Assembly: GCA_016936505.1 (NCBI GenBank)
Contig: JAFGXS010000034.1
Span: 25,266 to 89,265, forward strand
Reading direction: 5' to 3'
From: Bacteroidales bacterium
GTDB lineage: Bacteria; Bacteroidota; Bacteroidia; Bacteroidales; F082
DNA length: 64,000 nucleotides
The first letter of the stretch is position 1. Each line of letters opens with the position of its first letter. Under the pieces are notes generated by a model, which saw only the letters and a program-made list of their open reading frames with translations, ran no database searches and was not told the DNA's origin. Position numbers and translations under genes: made by a program. Shown in pieces: positions 28,141 through 39,700 of the stretch.

Positions 28141-30630
28141 ATGGAACAAATAGCAATTGATGACGCCAAACCTATGAATGAAGAAGAGTTATTTAAAAAG
28201 CTCAACACTTCATCAAAAGGACTGACAAAAGAAGAAGCCGAGAAAAGACTCGCAGAGTTTGGAGCCAACGCTCTGCCCGAAGAAAAAGAAAATCCCTTAC
28301 TCCGATTTTTAGGTTATTTCTGGGGTCCTATTCCCTGGATGATTGAAATCGCCGCTATTTTATCAGCAATAATTGGTCACTGGGATGATTTGATTATTAT
28401 CTCAGTTTTATTAATTTTCAATGGCCTGGTTGGCTTTTGGGAAGAACACAAGGCATCTAATGCCCTAAGTGCATTAAAAAACCAGTTGGCCGTTAATGCA
28501 CGAGCCATGCGCGACGGTGTCTGGACTGAAGTGGACTCAAAAGATTTGGTTCCTGGAGATATAATCAGGATCCGGCTGGGTGACATAATACCTGCAGATG
28601 CAAAACTATTAGAGGGTGAATACCTGAGTGTAGATCAGGCTGCATTAACAGGCGAATCTTTACCTGTTAATAAAAGTGTAGGAGAAGTTGTTTATTCAGG
28701 CTCAACTGCAAAACAAGGGGAAATGGTTGCTGTTGTTGTAGCCACCGGAGTTCATACCTTCTTTGGAAATACTGCTAAACTCGTACAAAGTGCCGGTTCT
28801 GTCTCTCACTTCCAGAAAGCAGTATTACGCATTGGCGACTTTCTTATTTTCCTTGCAGTTGGCTTAGCCATAGTGTTGATTTTTGTGGAATTATACAGAG
28901 GAGAAAAATTCCTGGATCTTATTCAGTTTATCCTTGTATTAATCATAGCCTCCATTCCGGTGGCTATGCCCGCAGTACTCTCTGTAACAATGGCACTGGG
29001 AGCTCTGGCACTGTCTAAACTGAAAGCTATTGTATCGCGCCTACAGTCTATTGAAGAAATGGCCGGTATCGATATCCTTTGTTCTGATAAAACCGGAACA
29101 CTTACCCAAAACAAACTCACCATGGGCGAGGCTATATTGTTTGATGCCAAAACTAACCAGGAACTGATTCTGGCAGGTGCACTGGCTTCAAAAGCCGAAA
29201 ACAAAGACGCTATTGATCTGGCTGTAATTGGTGGTTTACACGACGATAAAATTCTGCATGAATATAATCAGACACGCTTTATCCCCTTTGATCCGGTAAC
29301 CAAAAGAACAGAGGCACAGATCACCGATGACAAAGGCAAACATTTCTTGGTTACTAAAGGTGCTCCTCAGGTTATTATGGACCTGGCCAAGATGTCGGAT
29401 AAAGAAGAAGAAAGAGCCAACGAAATTATTAATGATTTTGCATCCAAGGGATACCGTACCATTGGTGTAGCCAGGAGCGACAAAAAAGATAAATGGGTTT
29501 TTCTGGGAATCATTCCATTATTTGATCCCCCAAGAGAAGACTCGGCCGATACGATACGTGAAGCCCAGGAACATGGTATTACCGTAAAAATGGTAACCGG
29601 TGATAATGTTGCCATTGCAAGAGAAATCTCAGGGCAGCTGGGAATGGGTAAAAACATTCAGCCGGCCACCGATCTTTTTGGTCAGTCAGGTAAAGAAAAA
29701 CTGCACGGTACTGCCCGAATGATTGAAAAAGCCGATGGATTTGCTCAGGTTTTTCCTGAACACAAATATGGCATTGTACGTGCTCTTCAGGAAAAAGATC
29801 ATTTAGTGGGAATGACTGGTGATGGAGTAAACGATGCTCCTGCTCTTAAACAAGCTGATGTAGGTATTGCAGTTAGCGGAGCAACTGATGCTGCCAGAGT
29901 TGCTGCCGATCTTATTTTAACAGCACCCGGGCTTTCTGTTATTACCCATGCCGTGGAAGAAGCAAGGCGCATTTTCGAACGCATGAACAGTTATACAATT
30001 TATCGAATTGCGATGACTATTGACATTATGGTTTTTGTTGTGCTGGCCATGATCTCGTTCAACACCTATCCGTTAACAGCTATCATGATTATTATGTTAT
30101 CTCTATTGGATGACATACCGATTATGACCATTGCTTACGACAATACATACCTTAGTCCAACACCTGTTAGATGGCAAATGGACAGAGTTCTTACCGTATC
30201 AACGATACTGGGATTCCTTTCTGTAGTTCAGACCTTCGGACTCCTTTATCTGGGCCATAAAGTTATGTTTATGGATACCGCGCACATTCAGACATCAGTA
30301 TTTCTTCAACTGGTTGTAGGAGGTCACCTATTACTTTTTGTCACTCGAAATAAAAAATCGATGTGGCGAAGTCCTCACCCTTCCTGGCATCTGTTATTAG
30401 CAATTATTGCTACACAGATTTTGGCAGTGCTCATGACTGGTTTTGGTTGGTTAGTACCCCAGTTACCCTGGAAATTTATCGGAATGGTATGGATTTATAA
30501 TCTTGTTTGGGTTCAAATTCTTGACTTTGTTAAATTGGGAACCTATCATATTTTGGATCACAGAAAAAGATTCAAAAGAAGAAGACTGCGTTTTGTTAAC
30601 CAGTATTTACACCCTTTTATCAGAAGGTAA
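28141..30630 (+). CDS. Plasma-membrane proton-efflux P-type ATPase (P3A family)
   Basis: FWGPIPWMIE, DQAALTGES, ASIPVAMPAVL, CSDKTGTLT, KGAPQ, MVTGDN, TGDGVNDAPALKQAD, DDIPIM; the FWGPIPWM and IPVAMP segments are typical of P3A H+-pumps. Confidence 0.9.
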   Translation: MEQIAIDDAKPMNEEELFKKLNTSSKGLTKEEAEKRLAEFGANALPEEKENPLLRFLGYFWGPIPWMIEIAAILSAIIGHWDDLIIISVLLIFNGLVGFWEEHKASNALSALKNQLAVNARAMRDGVWTEVDSKDLVPGDIIRIRLGDIIPADAKLLEGEYLSVDQAALTGESLPVNKSVGEVVYSGSTAKQGEMVAVVVATGVHTFFGNTAKLVQSAGSVSHFQKAVLRIGDFLIFLAVGLAIVLIFVELYRGEKFLDLIQFILVLIIASIPVAMPAVLSVTMALGALALSKLKAIVSRLQSIEEMAGIDILCSDKTGTLTQNKLTMGEAILFDAKTNQELILAGALASKAENKDAIDLAVIGGLHDDKILHEYNQTRFIPFDPVTKRTEAQITDDKGKHFLVTKGAPQVIMDLAKMSDKEEERANEIINDFASKGYRTIGVARSDKKDKWVFLGIIPLFDPPREDSADTIREAQEHGITVKMVTGDNVAIAREISGQLGMGKNIQPATDLFGQSGKEKLHGTARMIEKADGFAQVFPEHKYGIVRALQEKDHLVGMTGDGVNDAPALKQADVGIAVSGATDAARVAADLILTAPGLSVITHAVEEARRIFERMNSYTIYRIAMTIDIMVFVVLAMISFNTYPLTAIMIIMLSLLDDIPIMTIAYDNTYLSPTPVRWQMDRVLTVSTILGFLSVVQTFGLLYLGHKVMFMDTAHIQTSVFLQLVVGGHLLLFVTRNKKSMWRSPHPSWHLLLAIIATQILAVLMTGFGWLVPQLPWKFIGMVWIYNLVWVQILDFVKLGTYHILDHRKRFKRRRLRFVNQYLHPFIRR

Positions 30631-30648
30631 GTTGAATCATTTAATAGC

Positions 30649-30682
30649 AAAAAGGGGAGGTTCGTTTGAACCTCCCCTTTTT
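30649..30682. terminator. Bidirectional intrinsic terminator between the P-type ATPase and atpC
   Basis: AAAAAGGGGAGGTTC-GTTT-GAACCTCCCCTTTTT. Confidence 0.9.
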
Positions 30683-30704
30683 ATTTTTCCCTATAATGAA
30701 ATTA

Positions 30705-30941
30705 TTACTCTGCCAAAACCAGAACTTTATTCTCCAACACCTCAACAACCCCACCTTTTACTTCATAATAGTCCTCATCATCTTTATCAATTTTAATTTT
30801 AATGATGCCTTTCTTTAAAACAGAAATCATTGGGGCATGATGCTCCATAACTTCAAAGGAGCCATCAATACCCGGAAGCTGAACCAGCTCCACTTCTCCT
30901 TTAAACAAGGTTTGATCCGGTGTGGTTATTTCAAGATTCAT
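30705..30941 (-). CDS. atpC: F1Fo ATP synthase epsilon subunit (short form without the C-terminal helices)
   Basis: MNLEITTPD...LPGIDGSFEVMEHHAPMIS...GGVVEV. Start refined to ATG 30941. Confidence 0.93.
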   Translation of the reverse strand: MNLEITTPDQTLFKGEVELVQLPGIDGSFEVMEHHAPMISVLKKGIIKIKIDKDDEDYYEVKGGVVEVLENKVLVLAE

Positions 30942-30963
30942 TTGGGCTGTTTCTAACTTTTTA

Positions 30964-32484
<1,521 letters not shown>

Positions 32485-32618
32485 TTATAAGTATTTATTC
32501 AGGGACAAATATAAAAATAAATAATACGGGAATTGAATTGATTTTCAAATTTTATGCCACAAAACAAGGCCTGTTTTTAGAGCTAAAAATGTCAATATCA
32601 AAAAAAAGGAACCAAAAA

Positions 32619-33290
32619 TTAAAACCTGATGTGTTTCCTTTCAAAAAGAAGCAACCAAAAAACACCAATAGTGATGGCTGAATCCGAAATATTGAAGATG
32701 GGCCTGAAGAATATAAAATGATTGTCTGGCCCGAATAAAAAGCCGGGCATCCATGAAGGAGCGTCAGATCTGGCAATATCTATTAATGGAAAATATAGCA
32801 TATCCACTACTTTTCCATGAAGAAACCCGGCATAGCCATCTCCAAAAGGAACAAAATGAGCTACCGAATAAAATGTACTTTGAGAAAAAATAAGCCCATA
32901 AAGAGCACTGTCAATAATATTGCCTAAAGCACCGGCAAAAATAAGAGAGACTGCGAGTGTAAAACCTGTACTTTTTTTATTCTTCCAAAGCGAAACCAAC
33001 AAAAATCCAATAGCAATAACAGCCAATATGCGAAAAATGCTCAGAAACAGCTTACCCCATCCACCCGCTAACTGAAAGCCAAAAGCCATTCCGTTGTTTT
33101 CAATAAAATATAAATCGAACCAATGATTAAAAACAGGCACCATTTCGCCCAGAGTGAAGTTTAACTTGATATAAAACTTCAATGCCTGATCGATAAACAA
33201 TACCAGCAAAATGATCCCGATGGATTTTTTCAAAACCTGAATATTTTTTGCAGTAAACCTTAAATAACTACCGTTTGTTTTTTGCCTCAA
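32619..33290 (-). CDS. lspA: Lipoprotein signal peptidase II
   Basis: IDQALK, ENNGMAFG, GALGNIID, VVDML, FNISDSAI. True start probably TTG 33233. Confidence 0.93.
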   Translation of the reverse strand: MRQKTNGSYLRFTAKNIQVLKKSIGIILLVLFIDQALKFYIKLNFTLGEMVPVFNHWFDLYFIENNGMAFGFQLAGGWGKLFLSIFRILAVIAIGFLLVSLWKNKKSTGFTLAVSLIFAGALGNIIDSALYGLIFSQSTFYSVAHFVPFGDGYAGFLHGKVVDMLYFPLIDIARSDAPSWMPGFLFGPDNHFIFFRPIFNISDSAITIGVFWLLLFERKHIRF

Positions 33291-33657
33291 TACTTAAGGT
33301 GGCATGAGGAACAGCACGCAACCGCTCCTTGGAAATCAGCTTACCGGTCTCACGACAAATGCCATAGGTACCGTTTTCAATCCTGATCAGCGCAGCTTCC
33401 AGGTTATTAATAAACCTGTGCTGACGATCGGCAAGACGTGCATTTTCTTCTTTCGATAAAACTTGCTGACCTTCTTCCAGTACTTTAAAAGTAGGGGATG
33501 TATCATTTGTATCCGAATCACTGTAATTGGTATACGCTTCGGTAAGTAATTTCAAATCTTCACGAGCTTTTTCAAGTTTAGTTTCAATAATTTCTTTGAA
33601 TTCTGCAAGCTCTTCAGCGGAATATCTGGTCTTTTCTTCTGTCTTGTTGTCTTTCAT
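33268..33657 (-). CDS. dksA: DksA/TraR family protein (single-Cys Bacteroidota type)
   Basis: ALIRIENGTYGICRETGKLISKERLRAVPHATLSIEAK. Confidence 0.85.
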   Translation of the reverse strand: MKDNKTEEKTRYSAEELAEFKEIIETKLEKAREDLKLLTEAYTNYSDSDTNDTSPTFKVLEEGQQVLSKEENARLADRQHRFINNLEAALIRIENGTYGICRETGKLISKERLRAVPHATLSIEAKNKR

Positions 33658-33746
33658 AGCCTCTTCTTTTAATCGTTAACACCGCAATTGTCTGACTAAA
33701 TTTACAAATTAAATCGATTTTAGCGTCTTTTTAGTACGCTTAATTT

Positions 33747-36700
33747 TTACTTTTTTTCCAGTTTAATTTTTGTCTGAATACCTTCAACCAACTCAACCTC
33801 TTCGTAATCTTCATTTCCATCCTGAACCATCACCATATCGGCCAGGGTTTCCGAGCAAATATAGTCTTTAAATTCTGTAAATGCATCTTTGGTTTCATCC
33901 GACTCAACCACCGATAATGAGATTCGGTCTGTTACTTCCAGACCCTTGTCTTTTCTAAGATTCTGGATACGGTTCACCAGCTCACGGGCAAGCCCTTCTT
34001 TTTGTAACGAATCGGTCAAAGTTATATCCAGCGCCACAGTCAGGTTATCAAATGAAGCCACACTCCAGCCCGGAATATCGGCTGTAGTTATTTCCACATC
34101 TTCCAGGCTTATTTCTACAGTCTGATCTGCAAACTTCAACTCATATGTACCCTGACCTTCCAGTTTCTTAATATCATCCTGATTAAACTGGCCAATAGCC
34201 TGAGATAGTTGTTTCATCAGTTTTCCGTATTTCGGACCAAGTGTTTTGAAATTGGGTTTAATCTGCTTAACCAATACATTATCGTCATCAGACAGATATT
34301 TGATAGATTTAATGTTTGTTTCAGACAAAATCAACTCTTCCATAGCCTGAACCTGTCTTTGAAAATGCTCATCCAGTACAGGAATCATAGCAGAGTTTAA
34401 TGGCTGACGCACCCTGATATTAGTTTTCTTACGTAGTGATAATATCATGGATGAAATTTTCTGTGCCAGTTCCATTCTTTCTTCCAGCATCTTGTCTATA
34501 GTCGTTTCATCAGCTACAGGAAAATCTGTTAGGTGAATCGATTCTGCTTTATCTCTTCCTGTTACCGTGTTCAGATCTTTAAACAACCGATCCGCAAAAA
34601 AAGGAGCCACCGGAGCCATCAATTGAGCAACCACTTCAAGCGTACGATATAATGTCTGGTAAGCCTGAATTTTATCGTCTGAATAAGCCCCTTTCCAGAA
34701 CCTTCTTCGTGATAAACGCACATACCAGTTACTCAAATGCTCGGTAACAAAGTACTGAATAGCTCTTGCTCCACGGGTAGGCTCATACTGAGCATATGCT
34801 TCTTCAACAGTTTTGATCAACGAATTAAGCTCAGACAATATCCAGCGATCTAATTCTGAACGCTGTTCAACCGGAACTTCATCTTCGGCATAAGTAAATC
34901 CGTCAATATTAGCATACAAAGCAAAGAATGCATAAGTATTATAAAGTGTTCCAAAGAATTTACGTCGTACTTCATCCACTCCTTCGAGGTCAAAACGAAG
35001 ATTATCCCAGGGCTGAGAGTTGGTAATCATATACCAGCGGGTAGCATCAGCACCGTACTTTTCCAGTGTGGTAAAAGGATCTACCGCATTACCCAGCCGC
35101 TTGGACATTTTATTGCCGTTTTTATCCAGAACCAGCCCGTTGGAAACAACATTTTTATAGGCTACTGAATCAAACAGCATGGTAGCAATGGCATGCAACG
35201 TAAAGAACCATCCACGAGTCTGATCCACACCTTCAGCAATGAAATCAGCCGGGAATTTATTTTCAAAATCTTCTTTATTTTCAAAAGGATAATGCAGCTG
35301 GGCATAAGGCATAGAACCTGAGTCGAACCACACATCAATAAGCGAAGGCTCACGCATCATTTTCTTACCCGATTCTGAAACCAAAACAATTTGATCCACG
35401 TAAGGCCGGTGGAAATCGAAGGTTTCGTAGTTTTCGGCACTCGTATCTCCGGGCTTGAAATTCTCCATCGGATTTTCGGTCATAAAACCAGCTGCAATGG
35501 ATTTTTCAACCTCAGCTTTCAGTTCCTCGGCAGAACCAACACATTTTTCTTCTGTACGGTCTTCTGTTACCCAAACCGGCAGCGGAATACCCCAGAAACG
35601 TGACCGGGACAGGTTCCAGTCTACCAGATTCTCCAGCCAGTTACCAAAACGACCCTCTCCTGTCGCTTTTGGCTTCCAGTTGATGGTTTTATTCAATTCG
35701 ATCATCCTGTCTTTCATGGCAGTGGTTTTTACAAACCATGAATCCAAAGGATAATACAATACCGGTTTATCAGTACGCCAGCAGTGAGGATAATTGTGCG
35801 TATGTTTTTCGATGCGGAACACTTTGTTTTGCTTCTTCAGAGAAACAGCCAAATCCACATCCAGTGTAGCATCTTTTTCTGTTAGTGTTTCGTCGTAGGC
35901 ATTCTTTACGAACCTTCCTGCATATTCGCTATACAGTTCTGTGTTCACATATTCCTTTACAAAATCATCATCCAGTTCTTCCAGTTGAAAGAAACGGCCT
36001 TTCAAATCCACCATCGGGCGTTTTTCTCCCAGCTTGTCAATCAATAACAAGGGTGCAATTCCGGAATCTTTAGCTACCCGGTCGTCATCGGCACCAAAAG
36101 TAGGCGCAATGTGCACAATACCGGCACCATCTTCTGTAGTCACAAAATCACCGGGAATCACTTCAAAGGCATTGCCCATAGTTTTAACCCATGGGAAAAG
36201 CTGTTCATATTTGATTCCTGTGAGTTCAGAACCCTTAAAAGTTCCGGTTACCCTGAAAGGAACATGCTTATCGCCGGCCTTGTATTCCTCGAAAGGTGCA
36301 TTTTCGTGTTTTGGATCGAAATAAGCATTCTGACGATCTTTGGCCAGAACTACAGTTTGTGGCTCTCCTGTATACGGGTTAAATGTTTCAACCCTGACAT
36401 ATTCTATATTTGGTCCAACTGCTAAAGCAGTGTTGGAAGGCAAGGTCCAGGAAGTAGTCGTCCAGGCCAGGAAATAAATGTTTTCATTTTCATGGCTGAA
36501 CAAAAACTCTGATTTTTCGTTGCGTACTACAGCAAATTGAGCCACTGCTGTTGTATCGGCTACATCTCGGTAACATCCCGGCTGGTTCAGTTCGTGGGTA
36601 CTCAACCCTGTACCTGCAGCCGGAGAATACGGCTGAATGGTGTAACCCTTGTACAACATCTTGTTGTCGTACAAACGTTTCAACAAAAACCAAACCGACT

Positions 36701-37175
36701 CAATATATTTATTATCGAAAGTGATATACGGATGATCCTGGTCAACCCAATACCCCATTTTCCGGGTTAAATCATCCCACATATCTTTATATTTCAGCAC
36801 TTCTCTGCGGCAAGCTTTGTTGTATTCTTCCACACTGATTTTCTTGCCAATGTCTTCTTTGGTAATGCCCAAAGTTTTTTCCACACTGATTTCCACAGGC
36901 AAACCATGGGTATCCCAACCGGCTTTGCGTTCTACATATTTTCCTTTCTGGGTTTGAAAGCGGCAAAACAAATCTTTAATGGTACGAGCCATCACATGGT
37001 GAATCCCCGGCTGGCCGTTTGCCGAAGGAGGCCCTTCGTAAAATACATAGGGTTCGCCTTCTTTTCGGTTTTCGAGACTTTTTTCAAAAACCTTGTTCTC
37101 TTCCCAAAACTGTTTTACCTCGTCGGCAATTTGCGACAAGTTCAGTTGCTTGTATTCTTGATATTTCTTACCCAT
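33747..37175 (-). CDS. ileS: Isoleucine--tRNA ligase, type 2
   Basis: FYEGPPSANG, GWDTHGLP, WTTTSWTLPSN, HCWR, DWNLSRSR, EGVDQTRGWF, KMSKR; TAATTTTG box at 37220-37213. Confidence 0.98.
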   Translation of the reverse strand: MGKKYQEYKQLNLSQIADEVKQFWEENKVFEKSLENRKEGEPYVFYEGPPSANGQPGIHHVMARTIKDLFCRFQTQKGKYVERKAGWDTHGLPVEISVEKTLGITKEDIGKKISVEEYNKACRREVLKYKDMWDDLTRKMGYWVDQDHPYITFDNKYIESVWFLLKRLYDNKMLYKGYTIQPYSPAAGTGLSTHELNQPGCYRDVADTTAVAQFAVVRNEKSEFLFSHENENIYFLAWTTTSWTLPSNTALAVGPNIEYVRVETFNPYTGEPQTVVLAKDRQNAYFDPKHENAPFEEYKAGDKHVPFRVTGTFKGSELTGIKYEQLFPWVKTMGNAFEVIPGDFVTTEDGAGIVHIAPTFGADDDRVAKDSGIAPLLLIDKLGEKRPMVDLKGRFFQLEELDDDFVKEYVNTELYSEYAGRFVKNAYDETLTEKDATLDVDLAVSLKKQNKVFRIEKHTHNYPHCWRTDKPVLYYPLDSWFVKTTAMKDRMIELNKTINWKPKATGEGRFGNWLENLVDWNLSRSRFWGIPLPVWVTEDRTEEKCVGSAEELKAEVEKSIAAGFMTENPMENFKPGDTSAENYETFDFHRPYVDQIVLVSESGKKMMREPSLIDVWFDSGSMPYAQLHYPFENKEDFENKFPADFIAEGVDQTRGWFFTLHAIATMLFDSVAYKNVVSNGLVLDKNGNKMSKRLGNAVDPFTTLEKYGADATRWYMITNSQPWDNLRFDLEGVDEVRRKFFGTLYNTYAFFALYANIDGFTYAEDEVPVEQRSELDRWILSELNSLIKTVEEAYAQYEPTRGARAIQYFVTEHLSNWYVRLSRRRFWKGAYSDDKIQAYQTLYRTLEVVAQLMAPVAPFFADRLFKDLNTVTGRDKAESIHLTDFPVADETTIDKMLEERMELAQKISSMILSLRKKTNIRVRQPLNSAMIPVLDEHFQRQVQAMEELILSETNIKSIKYLSDDDNVLVKQIKPNFKTLGPKYGKLMKQLSQAIGQFNQDDIKKLEGQGTYELKFADQTVEISLEDVEITTADIPGWSVASFDNLTVALDITLTDSLQKEGLARELVNRIQNLRKDKGLEVTDRISLSVVESDETKDAFTEFKDYICSETLADMVMVQDGNEDYEEVELVEGIQTKIKLEKK

Positions 37176-37579
37176 CAGGCTATAGTTTCTGCTGTTTTCA
37201 AAAAATAAGGTGCAAAATTAGAAAATTTCGACGCATTCCACACATAAAATTTTGATTAGCTTAAAAATAAAGGGGATAATGAAAGAAATCCGGTTAAGAT
37301 TCTTCAAAGAAATAATACGGAATAAAACCGTAACTTTAGGAAGTTAAGAAAACTGCTTAAGTCTTATCAACAGGCATAACTTAAAGCCCATGATACGCTT
37401 TATGTGATTGAAAATCTTTTCTTAACTTTAGCGAACAAATGAAAACCCGGTGACCAAAATTATTTCAAGTCGGAAATTCATTAACTTATTTATACTGTTA
37501 TAAAGAAATACAGGCTGTAAAACAGTATCTTTTATAGGGGCAAGCGCGGAGAATATCACAAAAATAGTAACCTTCAAAA

Positions 37580-38071
37580 ATGGATAATGATAAGCTAAAG
37601 AAAACATTTCTTAACATAGATAAAAGAGAATGTAAACTGGCATCTATGGAGATGATTAATAATGCAAAAAATCATATAGAACTTGCTAAAAAATTACATT
37701 TATCACATGATTATGGATTAGGTATTTTTCATTTAATAATTGGCAGTGAAGAGACTGTAAAAGCACTTGGCAGCAATATTAAAACTGTTTTTGGCAAACC
37801 CTCCCGTGAAAGTTATACGGGCTTCTCTGAAACAACCTACGGGTTTGAAGATTACATTATAAAAAATTTCGGAAAAACATATTATGAGTCTTTACGGGAG
37901 AAATTTTGAGAAATACCGGCACATCATTTTGCTAATCTCTATTTTTATAAAACTGCTATTGATGATAAAGCCTATCCAACTTATATTTCAATACAGAGGA
38001 ATGGTGTATATGATATGTTAAAGGGAAAAGTTAAAGAGATAAAGAAGAAAAATTTACAAAATGATTTTTAA
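37580..38071 (+). pseudogene. AbiV/HEPN-like abortive-infection gene remnant with an internal stop
   Basis: N-terminus NNAKNHIELAKKL...YGLGIFHLIIGSEETVKAL resembles AbiV. The frame continues 53 codons past TGA 37907-37909 to TAA 38069-38071. Confidence 0.55.
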
Positions 38072-38201
38072 CGGCAAAGCTCAACGGATGTTTCACCATT
38101 TAGAAAACTTGCGACGGTTGTTCAACATTAAAAAAGGGCACGAATGTTGTGTGTATTTTAAAACATCTTAAATACCAAATTTATTATTAAAACCCTAAAT
38201 C

Positions 38202-38798
38202 ATGAAAAAAACATTTATTCTATTTTTAATGTTTTCCATTGCAATAATTGCAAGCGGACAAAACTCTGAAAAAAATGAAGTTTCCGTCAATCTCAAAAAA
38301 GCTTACGCCCAATGGTCGCCTGATACTACAAATTCGAAAAAACAACAGAAAGCCATCAGCTATAATTTATCAGCTAAACCGGCTTACTTCGTTAATAACG
38401 TATTAATTAACGAAGCAACACTAAAGACCATACAACCGGATCAGATAGCAAATATCAATGTAATTAGAGGTTCATATAAAATAAACGACAAGATTTATAA
38501 CGGCAGGGTTTACATTGAACTCAAAAAAGGTTCTTTATTAAAAACAGAACAACTTGATTTAAGTTCTGCTCCCACCAAAATCACTCCTCCAGAGAAAGTT
38601 AAGTCTGCTGTTTATGTTAATAACATTTTACTTGACCAATCCGTGCTTAAGTTGATTAAACCCGACGAAATTGATCATATCAGCGTATTAAAAGGTAACT
38701 GTATAATAAACGGAAAAGTTTACGAGGAAAAGGTTTACATCGAACTCAAAAAAAATTCCACCTTCTTTTCAAGATATAACGGAAAACAAAAAATCTGA
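38202..38798 (+). CDS. Secreted protein with two tandem ~50-aa repeats resembling the TonB-plug C-terminal motif
   Basis: AYFVNNVLI..LKTIQPDQIANINVIRG..INDKIYNGRVYIELKK versus AVYVNNILL..LKLIKPDEIDHISVLKG..INGKVYEEKVYIELKK. Confidence 0.7.
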   Translation: MKKTFILFLMFSIAIIASGQNSEKNEVSVNLKKAYAQWSPDTTNSKKQQKAISYNLSAKPAYFVNNVLINEATLKTIQPDQIANINVIRGSYKINDKIYNGRVYIELKKGSLLKTEQLDLSSAPTKITPPEKVKSAVYVNNILLDQSVLKLIKPDEIDHISVLKGNCIINGKVYEEKVYIELKKNSTFFSRYNGKQKI

Positions 38799-38803
38799 TT
38801 GCA

Positions 38804-39700
38804 TTACTTATAATTTTTGAGCCACTCGAAGTTAGTATTCAGTATTCTTTCTTTTGAATCTCTCACAAATTGTAAATAGGCCATGGCTACAGGCGAAAGC
38901 CTTTTGCTTTTTAGCCAAATCAACCGCCAGTGGGTTTTTAATGGCAGCCCTTCGGCTTCAATAATATGGAGTTCCTTTCTTAACAACGAATGTTTCATTC
39001 CTATCAAGGGTAAAATTGAATATCCTAATCCGGCAACCACAGCCTCCGTTACCGCCTCATTGGAGGTGAGTTCTAATTTTCTCAGGCCCCTTTTTTCAAT
39101 TCTTTGAAAATAATTTTCCATAATCAGCCTGGTGGCAGAACCTGTTTCTCTGTATATTAAAGGCTGATCGGTAGTGTAGTTCGGACTGCTGCCTACTAGA
39201 TAGAATGTATTCTCAACAAGCAGTTCTTCCTCTAAATCCATATTTTCCGGTAAAATAGATACCAAAGCAAAATCTACTTCATTACTTTTAAGCTGTTCAA
39301 CCACTTTTGATTTATTGGTAACATCAAGCATTAAATCTATTCCTTTGTGAATTTCCAGGAATTCAGAAATAAAATAAGGAATTACATACTTGCCCGTTGA
39401 GGCAGAGGCTATTTTTATCCGACCCGTCAAAAGTCCGGTGTATTCTCGGGTTTTGTATTGAATCGCCTGTAATTCAACAAGAGCCCTTTCAACCATATAC
39501 GCAATTTCGTAACCAAATTCAGTAATATGCAATTGCCTTCCGATAACTTCAGTCAAAGGAATCTCAAACTGATCCTGAAACTTTTTTAACTGAATCGAGA
39601 CAGCAGGCTGAGTCATAAAAAGTTCTTCAGAAGCTCTGGTTACATTCTTGGTTTCCACAACTTTGAGAAACACTTGTAATTGATGTAATGTATAATTCAT
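38804..39700 (-). CDS. LysR-family regulator, CbbR/CmpR-like
   Basis: YTLHQLQVF...ASEELFMTQPAVSIQLK HTH; STGKYVIP, RETGSATR, SNEAVTEAVVAGLG. Confidence 0.9.
   Translation of the reverse strand: MNYTLHQLQVFLKVVETKNVTRASEELFMTQPAVSIQLKKFQDQFEIPLTEVIGRQLHITEFGYEIAYMVERALVELQAIQYKTREYTGLLTGRIKIASASTGKYVIPYFISEFLEIHKGIDLMLDVTNKSKVVEQLKSNEVDFALVSILPENMDLEEELLVENTFYLVGSSPNYTTDQPLIYRETGSATRLIMENYFQRIEKRGLRKLELTSNEAVTEAVVAGLGYSILPLIGMKHSLLRKELHIIEAEGLPLKTHWRLIWLKSKRLSPVAMAYLQFVRDSKERILNTNFEWLKNYK

Noticed and set aside
33268-33657. Loss of the 4-Cys zinc finger in the DksA-like protein as a novelty
   Set aside because: Single-Cys DksA/TraR variants are the usual Bacteroidota form.
38062-38130. Integron attC-like site after the AbiV remnant (TAAC immediately after the stop)
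   Set aside because: No proper RYYYAAC...GTTRRRY pair or L-box palindrome, and no integrase in the window.
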